Made by a program: the position numbers and the translations under genes | Notes under the pieces: model-generated | What the model saw: the letters and a program-made list of their open reading frames with translations, nothing else | The model's database searches: none | Told to the model about the DNA's origin: nothing | Shown: positions 24,000 through 37,115 of the stretch, one piece after another | Position numbering within the stretch: position 1 is the first letter of the stretch | Layout: the number at the start of each line of letters is the position of its first letter | From: Octopus bimaculoides | Lineage: Eukaryota | Assembly: GCF_001194135.2 (NCBI RefSeq) | Contig: NC_069003.1 | Coordinates: 31,226,314 to 31,290,313, forward strand | Reading direction: 5' to 3' | Length of the DNA: 64,000 nucleotides

Positions 24000-24420
24000 A
24001 TTTTGTATTCTTCTCATTCAGTAATACTCTGCTCACAACCAAACCATTCTTCTTTCTGCATATCCCAGCCTTCTATACAACTCAGCATTCATTACCCAGG
24101 TATCATACCCATAAATCGAAGCATGCACAATTCTACAGGTTTTCTAACTTCACACCGTTTCCATGATCCAATTCAACATTCCTTCCCTCCTCAGCTCCAT
24201 CACACATGAACATAATTACTCTAACTCATTTTTTCCCCCTCTAAACTTACTAAATTTGATGGGGGAAACCCATCAAAAGCCTTCCACAGATTAACAAACC
24301 CAAGAAACAACTCATTCCCTTTGTAAATTCTTCTGTGACAGCTTTGACAATAAAAATTGAATCAGGCATTCCTCTTCTTGCCATAACTATACATCTTAAA
24401 ACTGGGATAGATAATATATT
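24000..24420 (-). mobile_element. Degraded RTE RT remnant
   Basis: MARRGMPDSIFIVK resembles GFMPGRGTTDAIFIVR, followed by a decayed KAFD motif. Confidence 0.55.
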
Positions 24421-24612
24421 GCATGGTATACACCTGTAAAGCACAGCTCTCTCATTAATCAAACATGTGTGTGTATACACACACATATATATAGATCGGA
24501 AGNNNNNNNNNNTATATATAAGTATATATATATATATATATATTGTTTTGGTTTACTTGCATTATGCTACAGCACATCACCAAATAAACTTTACACTGGT
24601 TTGCATATATAC

Positions 24613-24669
24613 CTCAGAACAGCAAGTTTGGTCCATTTTGAGGTGATTCCAGTGTAGAATAGTGATGAA
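24613..24669 (-). CDS. Candidate 57-nt exon, unknown gene
   Basis: tttcactgtctttcag|...GAG|gtatat; two frames open (FITILHWNHLKMDQTCCSE or SSLFYTGITSKWTKLAVL). Confidence 0.2.
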
Positions 24670-24879
24670 CTGAAAGACAGTGAAACACTGATATCCACCA
24701 TTCTTGTTCATCTACAGGATGAGTTGTCTCACCTGGTCTGAGAAATTCAGCTTCTTTTTTTTTTTAACATTCAGCATCATGAAGAGACATTTCATAGAAC
24801 ACTATCCCACATCTAATAAGTGTATAAACAAAACATAAACAATGTGACATTGATGAAACTGTGTAACAAATTGTTTTTA

Positions 24880-25081
24880 CTTTTTTTACTTAGTAAATGT
24901 TATTTCCTAGTTGCTTCTGTCTAGGTATCAAAGGAAATGACTACTATTTGCTCCAAACTTCGCTTTTGTCATCTGGACATCAACGTTTTGAAACTGACCT
25001 ATTTCCCATTACATTTCAAGTAGACACAGCGCTGAGTTGCTGAAGCAGAAATAGCCGAGCAACGCCGGGTATCTCTGCTAG
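24880..25081 (+). mobile_element. Non-autonomous Helitron, 3' terminus (5' end uncertain)
   Basis: Subterminal GC hairpin-like GCCGAGCAACGCCGGG (25054-25069) then CTAG (25078-25081) followed by T. Confidence 0.65.
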
Positions 25082-26164
25082 TATATATATTAATGATATT
25101 TGTATACAAACTTAAAGCTTATGGCGATCACCATGCAATAACTAAGGTGTTTGCCATGAGCCTTAAGCTTATATAAAAACACCCATTATTATTGACAGGA
25201 TTGTAAATCACAGCACTGTAATAAAAAACCATTCGCACTGAAAGCACATATATATATGTGTATGTACGTATATGTATGTATGTATATGTATGTATGTGTG
25301 TACATATAATGATATATTGGGTAAGAAAGGTAATGAGAATAAAATATATTCTTTGAGTCATTAGACATCACTCTATTAGAATTAATTCTAATAGATTGAA
25401 ATGCATGTAAGTGTCTCCTTGTTCAAAGGCCAAATTGCCATTTGTTGCTTGGCTTTAAAATTATTTTCACCTTTATTTTAAGTTCTTCCCGAAAACTGTT
25501 TAGAAAAAGATAAATATTTTGTTTTCATCAACATTAGCATCATCATACTCATCATCATTATCACCACCACTACTGCCACCGTTGCCATCATCATCATTAA
25601 CAGCAGCAGCAACAGCACCATCACTATCATCATCATCACCATCGTCATCGTCATCGTCGTTGTCGTCGTCGTCGTCGTCGTCGTCATCATCGTCATTGTT
25701 GTTGTTATTCTCTTTCTTGATGTCCAACCAAAAAAAACAGACAGATAAAAATATAAATCCTAAAATAATTCCATAAAACAAATCCAAAAAAATTTCAAAA
25801 AGTAAAGCGTATTTTACTAGAATGCAAAATTCAAATAATGAACTAAAGCCAGTAAAAAATCAAAAAAAAATCTAAATCTAAAAGAAAAAAAAAGAGTAAG
25901 AAATTTGAAAATTAGCTATTTTTCAAGAATTTATCAAATTAACTGAAAAATAAGAAAATAGATTATCAAAAACTTCTTAGTTGTCACACAATAAACTTTT
26001 CTACATTGATCAAAATTATCAAGTTAGACGTTTGTAATATCACCAAAGTAGATCATGTTTTATTAAAGTGGAATTATTTCATGAGAATTCACAATAGAAT
26101 TGCAATCCGAAACAGAATAAGCATTGCCATTAAAGTTAATAAAGCCATAATTATATATATATAT

Positions 26165-26305
26165 ATGAGTGGCTGTGTGGTAAGTAGGTTGCTTATGAAC
26201 CACAAGTAGCTTGCTTATGAATTGTGTGTTCTACTATAGCCTCTAGTCGATCAAAGCCTTGTGAGTGGATTTGGTAGACGGAAACTGAAAGAAGCCCATC
26301 GTATA
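26165..26305 (+). mobile_element. SINE family A with internal deletion and short duplication
   Basis: GTGGCTGTGTGGTAAGTAG..CTTCTACTATAGCC-like..GGATTTGGTAGACGGAAACTGAAAGAAGCCC. Confidence 0.8.
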
Positions 26306-26321
26306 TATGTGTATATATATA

Positions 26322-26354
<33 letters not shown>

Positions 26355-26694
26355 ACAGTTATTAACATCCTCATAAAGATTTCATAAAAAAATTTTTTTA
26401 ATAATTCTTTTAAAATCATCTTTACACATCAAAAACTATATTAAGTAATCTTCATAGACTTTCAAATATATATATGTGTGTATATATATACAGAGAGAGA
26501 GAGAGAGAGATAGAAATATATATATGTATGTATATATATATATATATANNNNNNNNNNNNNNNNNNNNNNNNNNNNNNNNNNNNNNNNNNNNNNNNNNNN
26601 NNNNNNNNNNNNNNNNNNNNNNNNNNNNNNNNNNNNNNNNNNNNNNNNNNNNNNNNNNNNNNNNNNNCATTTACACAAATATATACAGACATAC

Positions 26695-26800
<106 letters not shown>

Positions 26801-27507
26801 TTATATATACATACATACATGCATGTGTGTAGGTCTGCACATGTCTGTTTTGTACATGAATGTTTCGGTAGGAGAAAGAACAATGTTTATCCATCATTTA
26901 TCGATTGTTCAAACAAGCATTGCAGCATAAATACCATAAATATCCCAATGAGCATCGAAACAGTGCATAACCTTGCTTAACACCACTGTTCATTCATGGC
27001 TAAAATGTATTTCCCTTTAATCTTTCTCCACTACCCAATACGGCTTAAAGCAGATCATAGACTTTCCATAAGAAAGCTTCTGCAGTTAACTGTTCCCTAA
27101 AGTGACATTCAACAGCCTGCTTGTCATAAACCACTACTTCAAAGCATTCACTTTTACTTTACTATAATATAACCATCATATGTTGATGTCTTTCTGTCTT
27201 TCTGCTTTGCACATTCTAGTTAGCTCAGAGCTCTAGTTGTTTGTATATTGATGCTGGTGTTTCATTGATATTTTCCGAAACAGAATTTGTTGAATGAATG
27301 AATGAATGAACTGATTGAGCATATAAATCCGATGTGGGTAGTAGATGGACATCAGACTACTAATCCTGTAGTGTATTATTGCTGCTACTGTTACTACTAC
27401 TACTACTGCTGCTGCCACTACTATTACTACTATAGCTGTTGCTACATCTCCTATTACTACAGCTTCTACAATTACCACCACTATTTCTACAACTACTACT
27501 ATTACTA

Positions 27508-27627
27508 AAAAATCTTTTCTAGTATAGGCATAAGGCCTGAAATTTGGGGGAGGGGGATGAGTCAATTACATCGACCCCCAGTACTCAGTTGGTACTTAAT
27601 TTATTGACCCCGAAAGGATGAAAGATG
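27508..27627 (-). mobile_element. SINE family B 3' part
   Basis: AGGCATAAGGCCTGAAATTTGGGG..TTATTGACCCCGAAAGGATGAAAG. Confidence 0.75.
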
Positions 27628-27719
27628 AAGGTAAAACTACAACTTTGTTTTGTTTCCTTTTCATTTTGTAGTTTACTTTGTACCTCTTCGTATTATTCTG
27701 GCTTTACTCAGCTACATTC

Positions 27720-27766
<47 letters not shown>

Positions 27767-28121
27767 NNNNNNNNNNNNNNNNNNNNNNNNNNNNNNNNNN
27801 NNNNNNNNNNNNNNNNNNNNNNNNNNNNNNNNNNNNNNNNNNNNNNNNNNNNNNNNNNNNNNNNNNNNNNNNNNNNNNNNNNNNNNNNNNNNNNNNNNNN
27901 NNNNNNNNNNNNNNNNNNNNNNNNNNNNNNNNNNNNNNNNNNNNNNNNNNNNNNNNNNNNNNNNNNNNNNNNNNNNNNNNNNNNNNNNNNNNNNNNNNNN
28001 NNNNNNNNNNNNNNNNNNNNNNGTTAAATGACTCTTTTATTTAAACCTAATTTAGATTTTTTTGCAGTGAAATCTCCTGCTATATTGGTAACGATTACAT
28101 AGTTTTCTATGAAAAATTATA

Positions 28122-28157
<36 letters not shown>

Positions 28158-28169
28158 AGTTTTCTATGA

Positions 28170-28206
<37 letters not shown>

Positions 28207-28210
28207 TATC

Positions 28211-28335
28211 CAGGGTGTCCACAAGGTCTGGGTATATAGAGTAAATAAAATCATAACATAAACAATTGAATATAAGAAATAATAATTTCTTAAAGTATGT
28301 TAACCCCCATGTACCCAGATTTTGCGGACACCCTG
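28211..28335. mobile_element. 125-bp Tc1/mariner-superfamily MITE
   Basis: TIRs CAGGGTGTCCACAAGGTCTGGG / CCCAGATTTTGCGGACACCCTG, TA at right end. Confidence 0.85.
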
Positions 28336-28345
28336 TATATATATA

Positions 28346-28537
28346 TATATGAAGATGTTGGCATGGAGATTGCCAAAATATACCGTGATATCCGGTTGTT
28401 ATCATAGGAATACTTGGGATAATAAAGAAAGGAACTGAGAAATTCAATTCATAAATATGCTACCAGGAAAACCATCCTTAAAGGACATACAAAAAATTAA
28501 GCCTTAATGGGCCCAGCACACTTTTTATATAGAGCAG
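28346..28537 (+). mobile_element. R4-like LINE 3' coding end remnant
   Basis: IGILGIIKKGT..LPGKPSLKDIQK../MGPAHFLYRAVSP* (frameshifted), same motif class as 18311-18525. Confidence 0.6.
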
Positions 28538-28809
28538 TATCACCATAAAATTTCATGGATCTTTAGAATTCTTTTTATTGAGCACTCACATGCACAATTT
28601 TTGATATATTTTTTATTTTTTTTATTTTATATCTGTTTCATTCATTTTCATCCAGTCCTAACACTTCTCAATATCGTACGATCACCAAATGCATTAAGAG
28701 TCTCATATCCATTATGTACCTCATGTATCTGGGTGGTGCCTAAGGGATAATGTGCAAATGCAGCAGTTATCAAGAAGAAAGATATGTTTTCATCATCATC
28801 ATTATCATT

Positions 28810-28849
<40 letters not shown>

Positions 28850-28857
28850 GAATAATG

Positions 28858-28897
<40 letters not shown>

Positions 28898-30314
28898 GGA
28901 ATTTCCTTTCCTTTTTCCCCCTTCATTTTATTTGTTTACTTTCTATTTCTTATTTTTTCCTTTTTCCTCTCTGTCTTTCCCTTTTTCTTTATCACATGAT
29001 TCTGTAAATGAACAATCTGGTTTGTATGTGTTAATGGCCTACCAATGTATACAGTACATTTCTCTGCCCTAGGTGTCAGGAAGATACTCGCCAAGAAATG
29101 GAAACAGAATTGAAAGAAGATGCTAATGAAAATAATAATAATAATAATAATAATAAGTTGCAACTTTCTTTATGAATAAAGGTAGGGAGAAGATAAAGAA
29201 ATAATACTGCAATGAACTATAAATCAGAAAGATAAGGGAAATCCTGAATTAAGCATTGTAAATGAAGTTTATGAAATAAATTTATATAAAAGAATAACAT
29301 TGAGAAAAATAGAGAAATAAATTGAAAGAATTGTGAGTTAGGAATTAGGAAATGCATGCAGAGATTTAGAATGTTAGTGATTAAAAAAATTAAGTTTAAT
29401 ATTGTAAAGGTATAATGTAATTGATCAAATGGTTGAAGATAAATAAATAAAAATTAAAAGATTTAAAAAGTTCAACTCAAAATTTAAAATATAAAATCTG
29501 TTTTTATAGAATTTAAGATATTTAAAGGAATTGAAAACTTTAAATCTAGAAACTTATAAACTAAAAATTTGAAAAACTTATAAAATCAAAGTAAAGTGAA
29601 AGAAAAATTAAAATAGAAATATTTGGAGAATATGAAAAACAAAATAATTAACAAAATTATTAAAAACAAAAGAAAAAATATAGGAATTGAAATATTAATA
29701 GAATTAAACAAGTTTTAAAATCATAGATCAATAATGATAATAATTGAAATAGTATTAAATTTTACTATAAAAATTATGAATGATAATTATGTGAAACAAG
29801 AGTTAATTAAGGCTAATGAAGGATTAATAATTAATAATTAATTATTTCTGGGGTTAGGAAATGGGGCAGATGAAATAAGGACGAAAGCATAAGGCTGGAA
29901 GATAAAATTATCCTCTTAAAAAATTTACTAGCTTATTGCAATTGATCCAAAAGCTCTATTATACTTGTCAGCATGTAATTAATTATATATTACATGTATT
30001 TATTAGACTCTTTTTATGCCTCAACATCTTTAATGCTTCTAATGAATATAGATTACATTCGCTTCCACCACCCTTGAATGGAAATGGCATTTTAAGCATG
30101 GACCAAGATATTTCATTGTCTAGTTTCTCTTTCTGAAATCCCATACTAATTCAGCCAGTGACCTAGTATATTGTTTATGTAGTTTCTTAAAATAAATGAA
30201 TGTAGTTATATACTCTATGTCAAAAGAAGGTGGTTGTAGCTCCAATATATAATGAAAACTTGTGCCGTGTCTAGAAACAGAGCACTTATAAATCAACTTT
30301 TCTCTTTTGTTAGT

Positions 30315-30500
30315 ATGCCAGGCAAAATGCTTAGCAGCATTTCATCCATCTGTATGTCCTGAGTTCAATGTCGTCAAGGTTGACTTTGCATTTCATCTTT
30401 TCACAGTTGATAAATTAAGTACCAGATGAGCAATGGGGTTGATGTCATTGACTTAACTCCTTCCACAAAATTGCTGGCCTTGTGACAAAATTTGAAAGTA
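30315..30500 (+). mobile_element. SINE family B
   Basis: AAAATGCTTAGCAGC..GACTTTGCATTTCATC..GATAAATTAAGTACCAG. Confidence 0.7.
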
Positions 30501-30984
30501 ATACATTCTGGAAGACTCAGAACTAGGTATGCTAACAACTGTTGCATTTCATCTTCCGAGAACACCTTCTCTTTTCAGGCAATGTGTATATATGTGTTCT
30601 CTTGTTAATATTTCCAAACATTATTCTATTCTATTTTTCACACTTTGTCAACAGGGAGTTTATTTATCTATCTATTTGAATGTGATAATCAATATGACAT
30701 AACTGATAGTTTTCTGAAGATGGATGATGCTCATTCCCATTTTCAAAACCCATAATGGCATTCTTTGTATTGTTTTCCCTTTGGTTAATTCTTCTCTATC
30801 TCTAAGGTGGGTGTATGTAATCATTGAAAGGCCACATAAACAAGTATTAATTTGCCAAAACAAGATAATCATTATATCGTTGTGAATATTCTCCACTGAT
30901 TTCGTTAATCACCATTGGACCCAGAACATTTCTGTTTTCATTTACATTATTAAAGTGTCTTTTTTTTTTAAGGAAGAGTTTTAA

Positions 30985-31205
30985 CCCTTTCGTTACCAAC
31001 CCGGCTGAAACCGGCTCTGGCTCTGTAGTACAAATATCTTGTTTTCATAAGTTTTGAATTAAAATCTTCCACCAAACCTTAGTCACAATTTATGTTCCTA
31101 ACATCCGCTGAATGATAACTAAGTTATTTTACTAAATTCTTTGTTATATTTAAAATAACTGAAGGAAACACAGAGTATCTCAAAATAAATTCAGTAACGA
31201 AAGGG
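30985..31205. mobile_element. piggyBac-type MITE
   Basis: Perfect TIR CCCTTTCGTTAC / GTAACGAAAGGG with TTAA on both sides (30981-30984, 31206-31209). Confidence 0.92.
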
Positions 31206-31944
31206 TTAAAAACAAAAAGGTCTTCTCTTGAAATATTTCATTGAGAATAGTTTTCAATATCTGTTGCTAAATTTATTGACAGCATGTTGACAGTCAGCTT
31301 AGGTACATGCTGGCAAGGCAGTAGCAGGGCAACCAGCTTGATTGCTAGGCAGCATATTAGTGGGAGAGGTCTCCATTTTTGCTAGGAGGTCATGCCTGAT
31401 CCAGGTTAGCTGTACATATATACATGTATATTTATGCAAGTTTGTATGTATGTGTGTATGAATGAACGTATGTATATACGTACATATGAGTGTATGTGTA
31501 TTTCTCTCTCTATAAACACGCACACACATGTATATATATATATAAGTATATATACACATATGCACACATAATTATATATATATATATAGTTACACATAAA
31601 CACACATACACACACATATGCACACATGTGCACACACATTATAAATCTTTCGGATTTATTTTAAGTGCTTTTCACTGCAGAATTCAAACAAGCCACCAAC
31701 AGAATAACAAGGCTTTGGCTTAAGTGACGACAGCTACTGGAGTTTGTAGTTACCTGAATTGGTTTTTGTATACATAAATGCGTGCAAGGTGTGTGCATAT
31801 GGATAAACTTGCACTCGTTGGTGCGCATGTCACAAGACAACACAAGTGCATATGTTTCATTAGTGATCATGTGTATGCATGAATAGATATTGAATATGTG
31901 TACGTGACTATGTGCATATATTCACCCAAGTACCTCAAAAGGAG

Positions 31945-32130
31945 AAGCTTTGAAAAGTTTTATGAATTTTTATTGTTTTTCTGATCAATTGTATTTGAAG
32001 AATGTGAATCGGTCTATTCTGTTCTTTTTTGGATAACCCAAGAGTTTCCAAATTTCTCTGCATATCAGTTATGTAACGCAGGGCATCTATGATTAAAGGA
32101 ACAAATAAAAACCTGTAGCTTGGTTTAAAA
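31945..32130 (-). mobile_element. R4-like LINE 3' coding end remnant
   Basis: PLIIDALRYITDMQRNLETLGLSKKEQNRPIHILQIQLIRKTIKIHKTF aligns by eye with the C-terminus at about 43.6-43.8 kb. Confidence 0.6.
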
Positions 32131-32758
32131 GAGTTGTAGGTTCCTTATCAGTGATCAATAGATGTTTTTTTTTGCTCCATTTTTTTCAAAAGACATTCAA
32201 ATCTATTGAGTAACTGATCTCCACTACGATACACAACGTTAGTTCCCTCTAACATGCAAATCCTATCTGGCCTTTTATACTTACACTGCGTTCCTGTTTT
32301 ATTGAAATATTCCACCAGTATTCTTTATGCATGTGTGTGTGTGCATGCATGCACATGTGTGTGTATGTATGCATGTGCTTGAATGCATGTACAAGTGTGT
32401 GTGTGTGAGTGTGTATGTGCATGTATGTGTGCATGAGTGTACATGTGTGTTTGTGTGTGTGCCTGTGTGTGTGCATGTGCATTCATATGACTGGTTTTTG
32501 TGCCATTTCTACTAGAAATTTCTTTCACAAAGCTTTATTTGCAGCAAGGCTATGGAAGAAGGCATTTGTTTGACGCACCATGCACTAGGATGACATTTCA
32601 TTAAATTTTTGCTCTATTGGTTTTTTACTGCTGATTGGTATATTTTTCATTGTAAATGTTAAATCCTCTGCTGTAATAATATGGCATTGAAAACCATGTC
32701 TATGAAGAGAATATTGAGCATAGACACCAACCACAAAAATATTACCCACCCCAAATTT

Positions 32759-32987
32759 CCATATTTTCTGGCTTACAAGTTGAATTTTTCAGACCAAAAA
32801 TTAGTCAAATATATTAGGTCAACTTTTACATGAAGACGAATTTGGAAGACCAAAAATTCCATGTGAAATGCAGCTGGATTTGGAAAGATTGAGATGATAT
32901 TTGAATCTTTGCCCTACATGTATTACACGCCGGATCCGTCGCGAGCGAATATATATTAACTTGACTTGTATGTCACAGAAAATACAG
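32759..32987. mobile_element. pogo/Tc2-like MITE
   Basis: Degenerate TIRs CCATATTTTCTGGCTTACAAGTTGA / TTGACTTGTATGTCACAGAAAATACAG-TA. Confidence 0.6.
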
Positions 32988-33037
32988 TATCGTACAAAAT
33001 CAGTAGTTTTTGTAAATATGAAAGTGGTTATCAATAT

Positions 33038-33507
33038 ATTCTATAGAATTAAGTTTATAAACATAGTGTTTCTGTACAAAATTATATGTTTTAAGTAATT
33101 GTATAGAGAAGAACTGGTCTTAATGAGTTTTGGGACACTGTCAACAAAAATGTTTTAAAAAAATAGAACTGCTGTCATTTCATATTTTAATGAATCATTC
33201 ACAATTGATGTCTAATTAAATTTGTGTCAGTTTGTAACCTAATTGAATTTACCTTGGTCTGTAAGATAAACAATACTTTTCTCTAGAGATAAATATCTTG
33301 ATGACTTTTGAACTTACATACCATCATCATTTTAATGGTCATTGGCAATGCTTTCTCCAGCAAGTATTAGGTATTCTGATAGGTTTGTTTAAACTTTTAG
33401 TTTGATGTCCCCAAGCAATAAAACTTGCAGTTTCTATGGTATATCTTTCATCTTTTATTTTTCACTTGTTTCAGTCATCAGACTGCAGCCATGCTGGAGC
33501 ACCACCT
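33038..33507 (+). repeat. 470-bp direct duplication, copy 1
   Basis: Identical to 34928-35397 except T33402/C35292. Confidence 0.95.
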
Positions 33508-33919
33508 TGAAGAATTTTTAGATGAATGAATGGAGTGCAGTACTTCTTTTTTTTTTTTTTCTTTTTAAGCTTAGTACTTAATTTATCAGTCTCCTTTTGC
33601 TGAACTGCTAAGTTATGGTTCCAGCAAGATGTCACAAGGAGTGAGAGAAGGTTGTGGTGAAAGAATCAGCAGATGTTTGTCATTACCTTCTTCCAGAGCC
33701 ATGTGGAGCTTAGGTGTTTCACTCATAAACATACACATCGCCAGGTCTGAAATTCAAACCTGTGATCTCTCGGCTGCAAGTCCACTGCTCTAACCACTAG
33801 GCTGTGTGCCTCCAATATTAGCATAGGATACCATTATTCTATTGAAATTATTAATGTTGTTGGGCCATTCTTGTTAACCCTTGTAAAATGTAAATTTCCT
33901 GAAGAAGAAGGTAATCTTT

Positions 33920-34420
33920 ATAGTAATGATGGATTTATCACTAATAAATTAAATCCACTACAAATTGATAAACTGTAAAAAAAAAATCTACATTTATTCT
34001 TCAACAAACATGGATTTAGAAAAATCTCTTCTTACCATAGTGTGGTTGTAAATTTCTTAGATGTAGCATTAAATCTTAATAACTTTCTGCATTGCCCTTA
34101 TTACAAGCTAAATAAATCTCTTTACTATATCAAGCAACTCAACTATCAAACCATACAAAAACATTGAAACGTTGTTAACAATGTCATCAAAAACACCTCT
34201 CTCTGACTGTTAAATCAATCTGCTTATCTGCAAATAGTTATAACTAAACAGCGCACTAAATGTTTTCACTAAAAATTGTTATAATGAGAAAATAGCTTTC
34301 ATTGAGGAAAACAGTTGAACTATACTAACATTGATAAAGCAGAAAATTAAATACTACATGGTATAAATTCTCATTTAGTATCGTGGTAAGAACATCAATA
34401 GCTAAGCTTTTATTTTAATA
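33920..34420 (+). mobile_element. Penelope-like RT remnant
   Basis: LYSNDGF (decayed YRDD region) and VVNFLDVALNLNNFLHCPYYKLNKSLYYI, resembling VNFLDVTLNL...PY.KPN...YI. Confidence 0.65.
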
Positions 34421-34559
34421 TTTGGTTAGACACTTCAGTTCACTTCTTAAATGTACAAAAGTCTTTAGTAAAATCTGTAAACTTACCATATTCAAGGATC
34501 ATGATACCTGGCACCTGGCTGAACTTAAAAAGACCCGTACTCAGCAGCATAAGTGTTAA

Positions 34560-34800
34560 AACTGATCCTTCTGGTGGTGTAAAGCACCAGTACAGTGCCA
34601 TGTAAAAGTGCCTGTGCAGTGCCACATAAAAGCATCCAGTAGGCTCTGTAAAGTGGTTGGCATTAGGAAGGGCATCTAGCCATAGAAACCATGCCAAATC
34701 AGATTGGAGTCTGGTGCAGCCCTCCAGCTGGCCAGCCCTGGTCAAACCATCCAACCCATACCAGCATGGACAACAGACGTTAAATGATGATGATGAAGAA
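34560..34800 (+). mobile_element. Family E
   Basis: GTGGTTGGCATTAGGAAGGGCATC..CAACCCATACCAGCATGGACAACAGACGTTAAATGATGAT. Confidence 0.8.
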
Positions 34801-34927
34801 GAAGACGCATCCTAGCTTTGTACGTATGCTTTCCTCTTCCAATATACACAAACTTAACATATCTACGACAGTCTTAAATAATGAAAATTGCAACAGCAAT
34901 ATTTATAACCAGGATTGTGACTGCTTA

Positions 34928-35397
34928 ATTCTATAGAATTAAGTTTATAAACATAGTGTTTCTGTACAAAATTATATGTTTTAAGTAATTGTATAGAGAA
35001 GAACTGGTCTTAATGAGTTTTGGGACACTGTCAACAAAAATGTTTTAAAAAAATAGAACTGCTGTCATTTCATATTTTAATGAATCATTCACAATTGATG
35101 TCTAATTAAATTTGTGTCAGTTTGTAACCTAATTGAATTTACCTTGGTCTGTAAGATAAACAATACTTTTCTCTAGAGATAAATATCTTGATGACTTTTG
35201 AACTTACATACCATCATCATTTTAATGGTCATTGGCAATGCTTTCTCCAGCAAGTATTAGGTATTCTGATAGGTTTGTTTAAACTTTTAGTCTGATGTCC
35301 CCAAGCAATAAAACTTGCAGTTTCTATGGTATATCTTTCATCTTTTATTTTTCACTTGTTTCAGTCATCAGACTGCAGCCATGCTGGAGCACCACCT
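34928..35397 (+). repeat. 470-bp direct duplication, copy 2
   Basis: Offset 1890 bp from copy 1; ends inside a family D SINE. Confidence 0.95.
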
Positions 35398-35802
35398 GAA
35401 GTTATGATACAAAGTTTCTCAAATATATATTTACATTAGCCTCATATCTTACCGATTCAAATTTCAATCCAATCAAGAAACTTATACCTTTAGGAATTTA
35501 AAATGCAGTAAATTAAGAACAGTAATATACAATTCAAATGGAAAAATCTCTTTGGTGCAAAGTCCTATAACAGAAAATCAGACAGTGTAATTTGTGAATA
35601 TCTGAGACTTAGGAAATTTTATCTACTAAGCAAACACTCATATGTAAATATGATACTTTCCAATAGATAAGCTCTCTTGATATTTTATATTTTATGCTTT
35701 CTTTTTTGTTATTATTGTTTTCAACATCTTATTCCACTTAAGTTTCTTTCTACCACATTTTTACTTTCTTACAAATAGATACACTCACTCGAAAATCTAT
35801 GA

Positions 35803-36002
35803 TATTGGGTTGCCCGGAAAGTTCGTGCCGATTTATAGTAGCTTACCTTTTGACTTATTTGCCATGAAGCCACCTCAATTCTGGGAAGAAGGTATTTTCA
35901 AAAAATGGTTCATATTTGGTTGATTAAAAATGTAATGGCAAGTATTTATTGACCTTCTTCTTTCCTTTAAAAATCGGCATGAACTTTCCGGACAACCCAA
36001 TA
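35803..36002. mobile_element. Mariner-type MITE
   Basis: TIRs TATTGGGTTGCCCGGAAAGTTCGTGCCGATTT / AAATCGGCATGAACTTTCCGGACAACCCAATA. Confidence 0.92.
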
Positions 36003-36505
36003 CACGTATGTGTGTGTATTTGTGTGTGCATGTGTTTGTGTGTGTGTGTATGTGTGTGTGCGTGTGTGTTTGTGTGTTCGTGTGTTTGTGTTTGTGTGTG
36101 TGTGTGACCTACACACACACTTTTTGACAAATGGTGTTGGTTTGTTCGCTTCCCCATAACTTTGTTTGATAAAAAAAAAGACCAATTAAATAAATACCAG
36201 AATTTTAAAACAATTAAGTACTGGAATCGAATTTTCAACAAAGACGCCTTCAATGCAGTGCCTCAGCAGGGCTGCAGTCCAATGACTGAAACAAGTAAAA
36301 GAATATAAAAGAACACCCCTTATATGGAAGTGAGACTCCAGCTTTAGTTCAATGAAAGTTATGTTTAAAATACATTACAAGGGAGACAACTGAGATGATA
36401 GTGTATTAAGAACATCATTATTATTCAACTGATGTAAAAGACAATATTCAAAAGCCACAAATCCAAGGATAAAGAATTCTGTATTGTTTACTAAACAATA
36501 TTTCG

Positions 36506-36655
36506 CATGTGGCTGCGTGATAAGAAGTTTGCTTCTCAATCACATGATTCAGTGACACTGCATGGCAAACAGAGCATCTTCTACTCTAGCCTCAGGCTGA
36601 CCAAAGCCTTGTGAATGGATTTGGTAGGCAGAAACTGAAGAAGCCTGTTGTATAT
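36506..36655 (+). mobile_element. SINE family A
   Basis: GTGGCTGCGTGATAAGAAG..CCAAAGCCTTGTGAATGGATTTGG. Confidence 0.7.
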
Positions 36656-37115
36656 ATGTCATCATCATCATCATTTAGTATCTGTTTTCCATGCTGGCAT
36701 GGGTTGGACGGTTTTACTGAAACTGGTAAGCCAAAGAGCTGCACCAAGTTCCAGTTTGATTTGGTATGGTTTCTATAGCTGGATGCCCTTCCTAATGTCC
36801 ACCACTCCAAGAGTGTGATGGTGAATTTTATGTGCCATCAGCATGGGTGCCAGTTATGTGACACCTGCATCATCTACAACTACGATTTCACTTGGCTTGA
36901 CGAGTCTTCTCAAGCATGGCATATCATCAATGGTGTTGGTCACTTGTCATCACCTCCATGATGCCCAATGTTCAAAGGGTGCCACTAAAATGGGTGGCAG
37001 TTATGTGACACTGGCATCAGTTATGACTATGGTTTCACTTGGCTAGACAGGTCTTCTCAAGCATAGCATGTCACCAAAGGTTTCAATCACTCAGCATTGC
37101 CTCCATGACGCTCAG
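36656..37115 (-). mobile_element. Extended family E copy with internal about 148-bp direct repeat
   Basis: GGGTG.CAGTTATGTGACAC..TTTCACTTGGCT.GAC..GTCTTCTCAAGCAT at about 36844 and 36992. Confidence 0.7.

Noticed and set aside
25500-25787. ORF with hydrophobic N-terminus and acidic D/N tract
   Set aside because: Mostly (GAT/GAC) microsatellite; the hydrophobic start comes from a T-rich tract
31945-32095. Strong minus-strand acceptor with a 50-codon open frame
   Set aside because: The peptide matches the R4-like LINE C-terminus
32819-33098. CpG-rich ORFs on both strands
   Set aside because: Internal to a TIR-bounded pogo-like MITE
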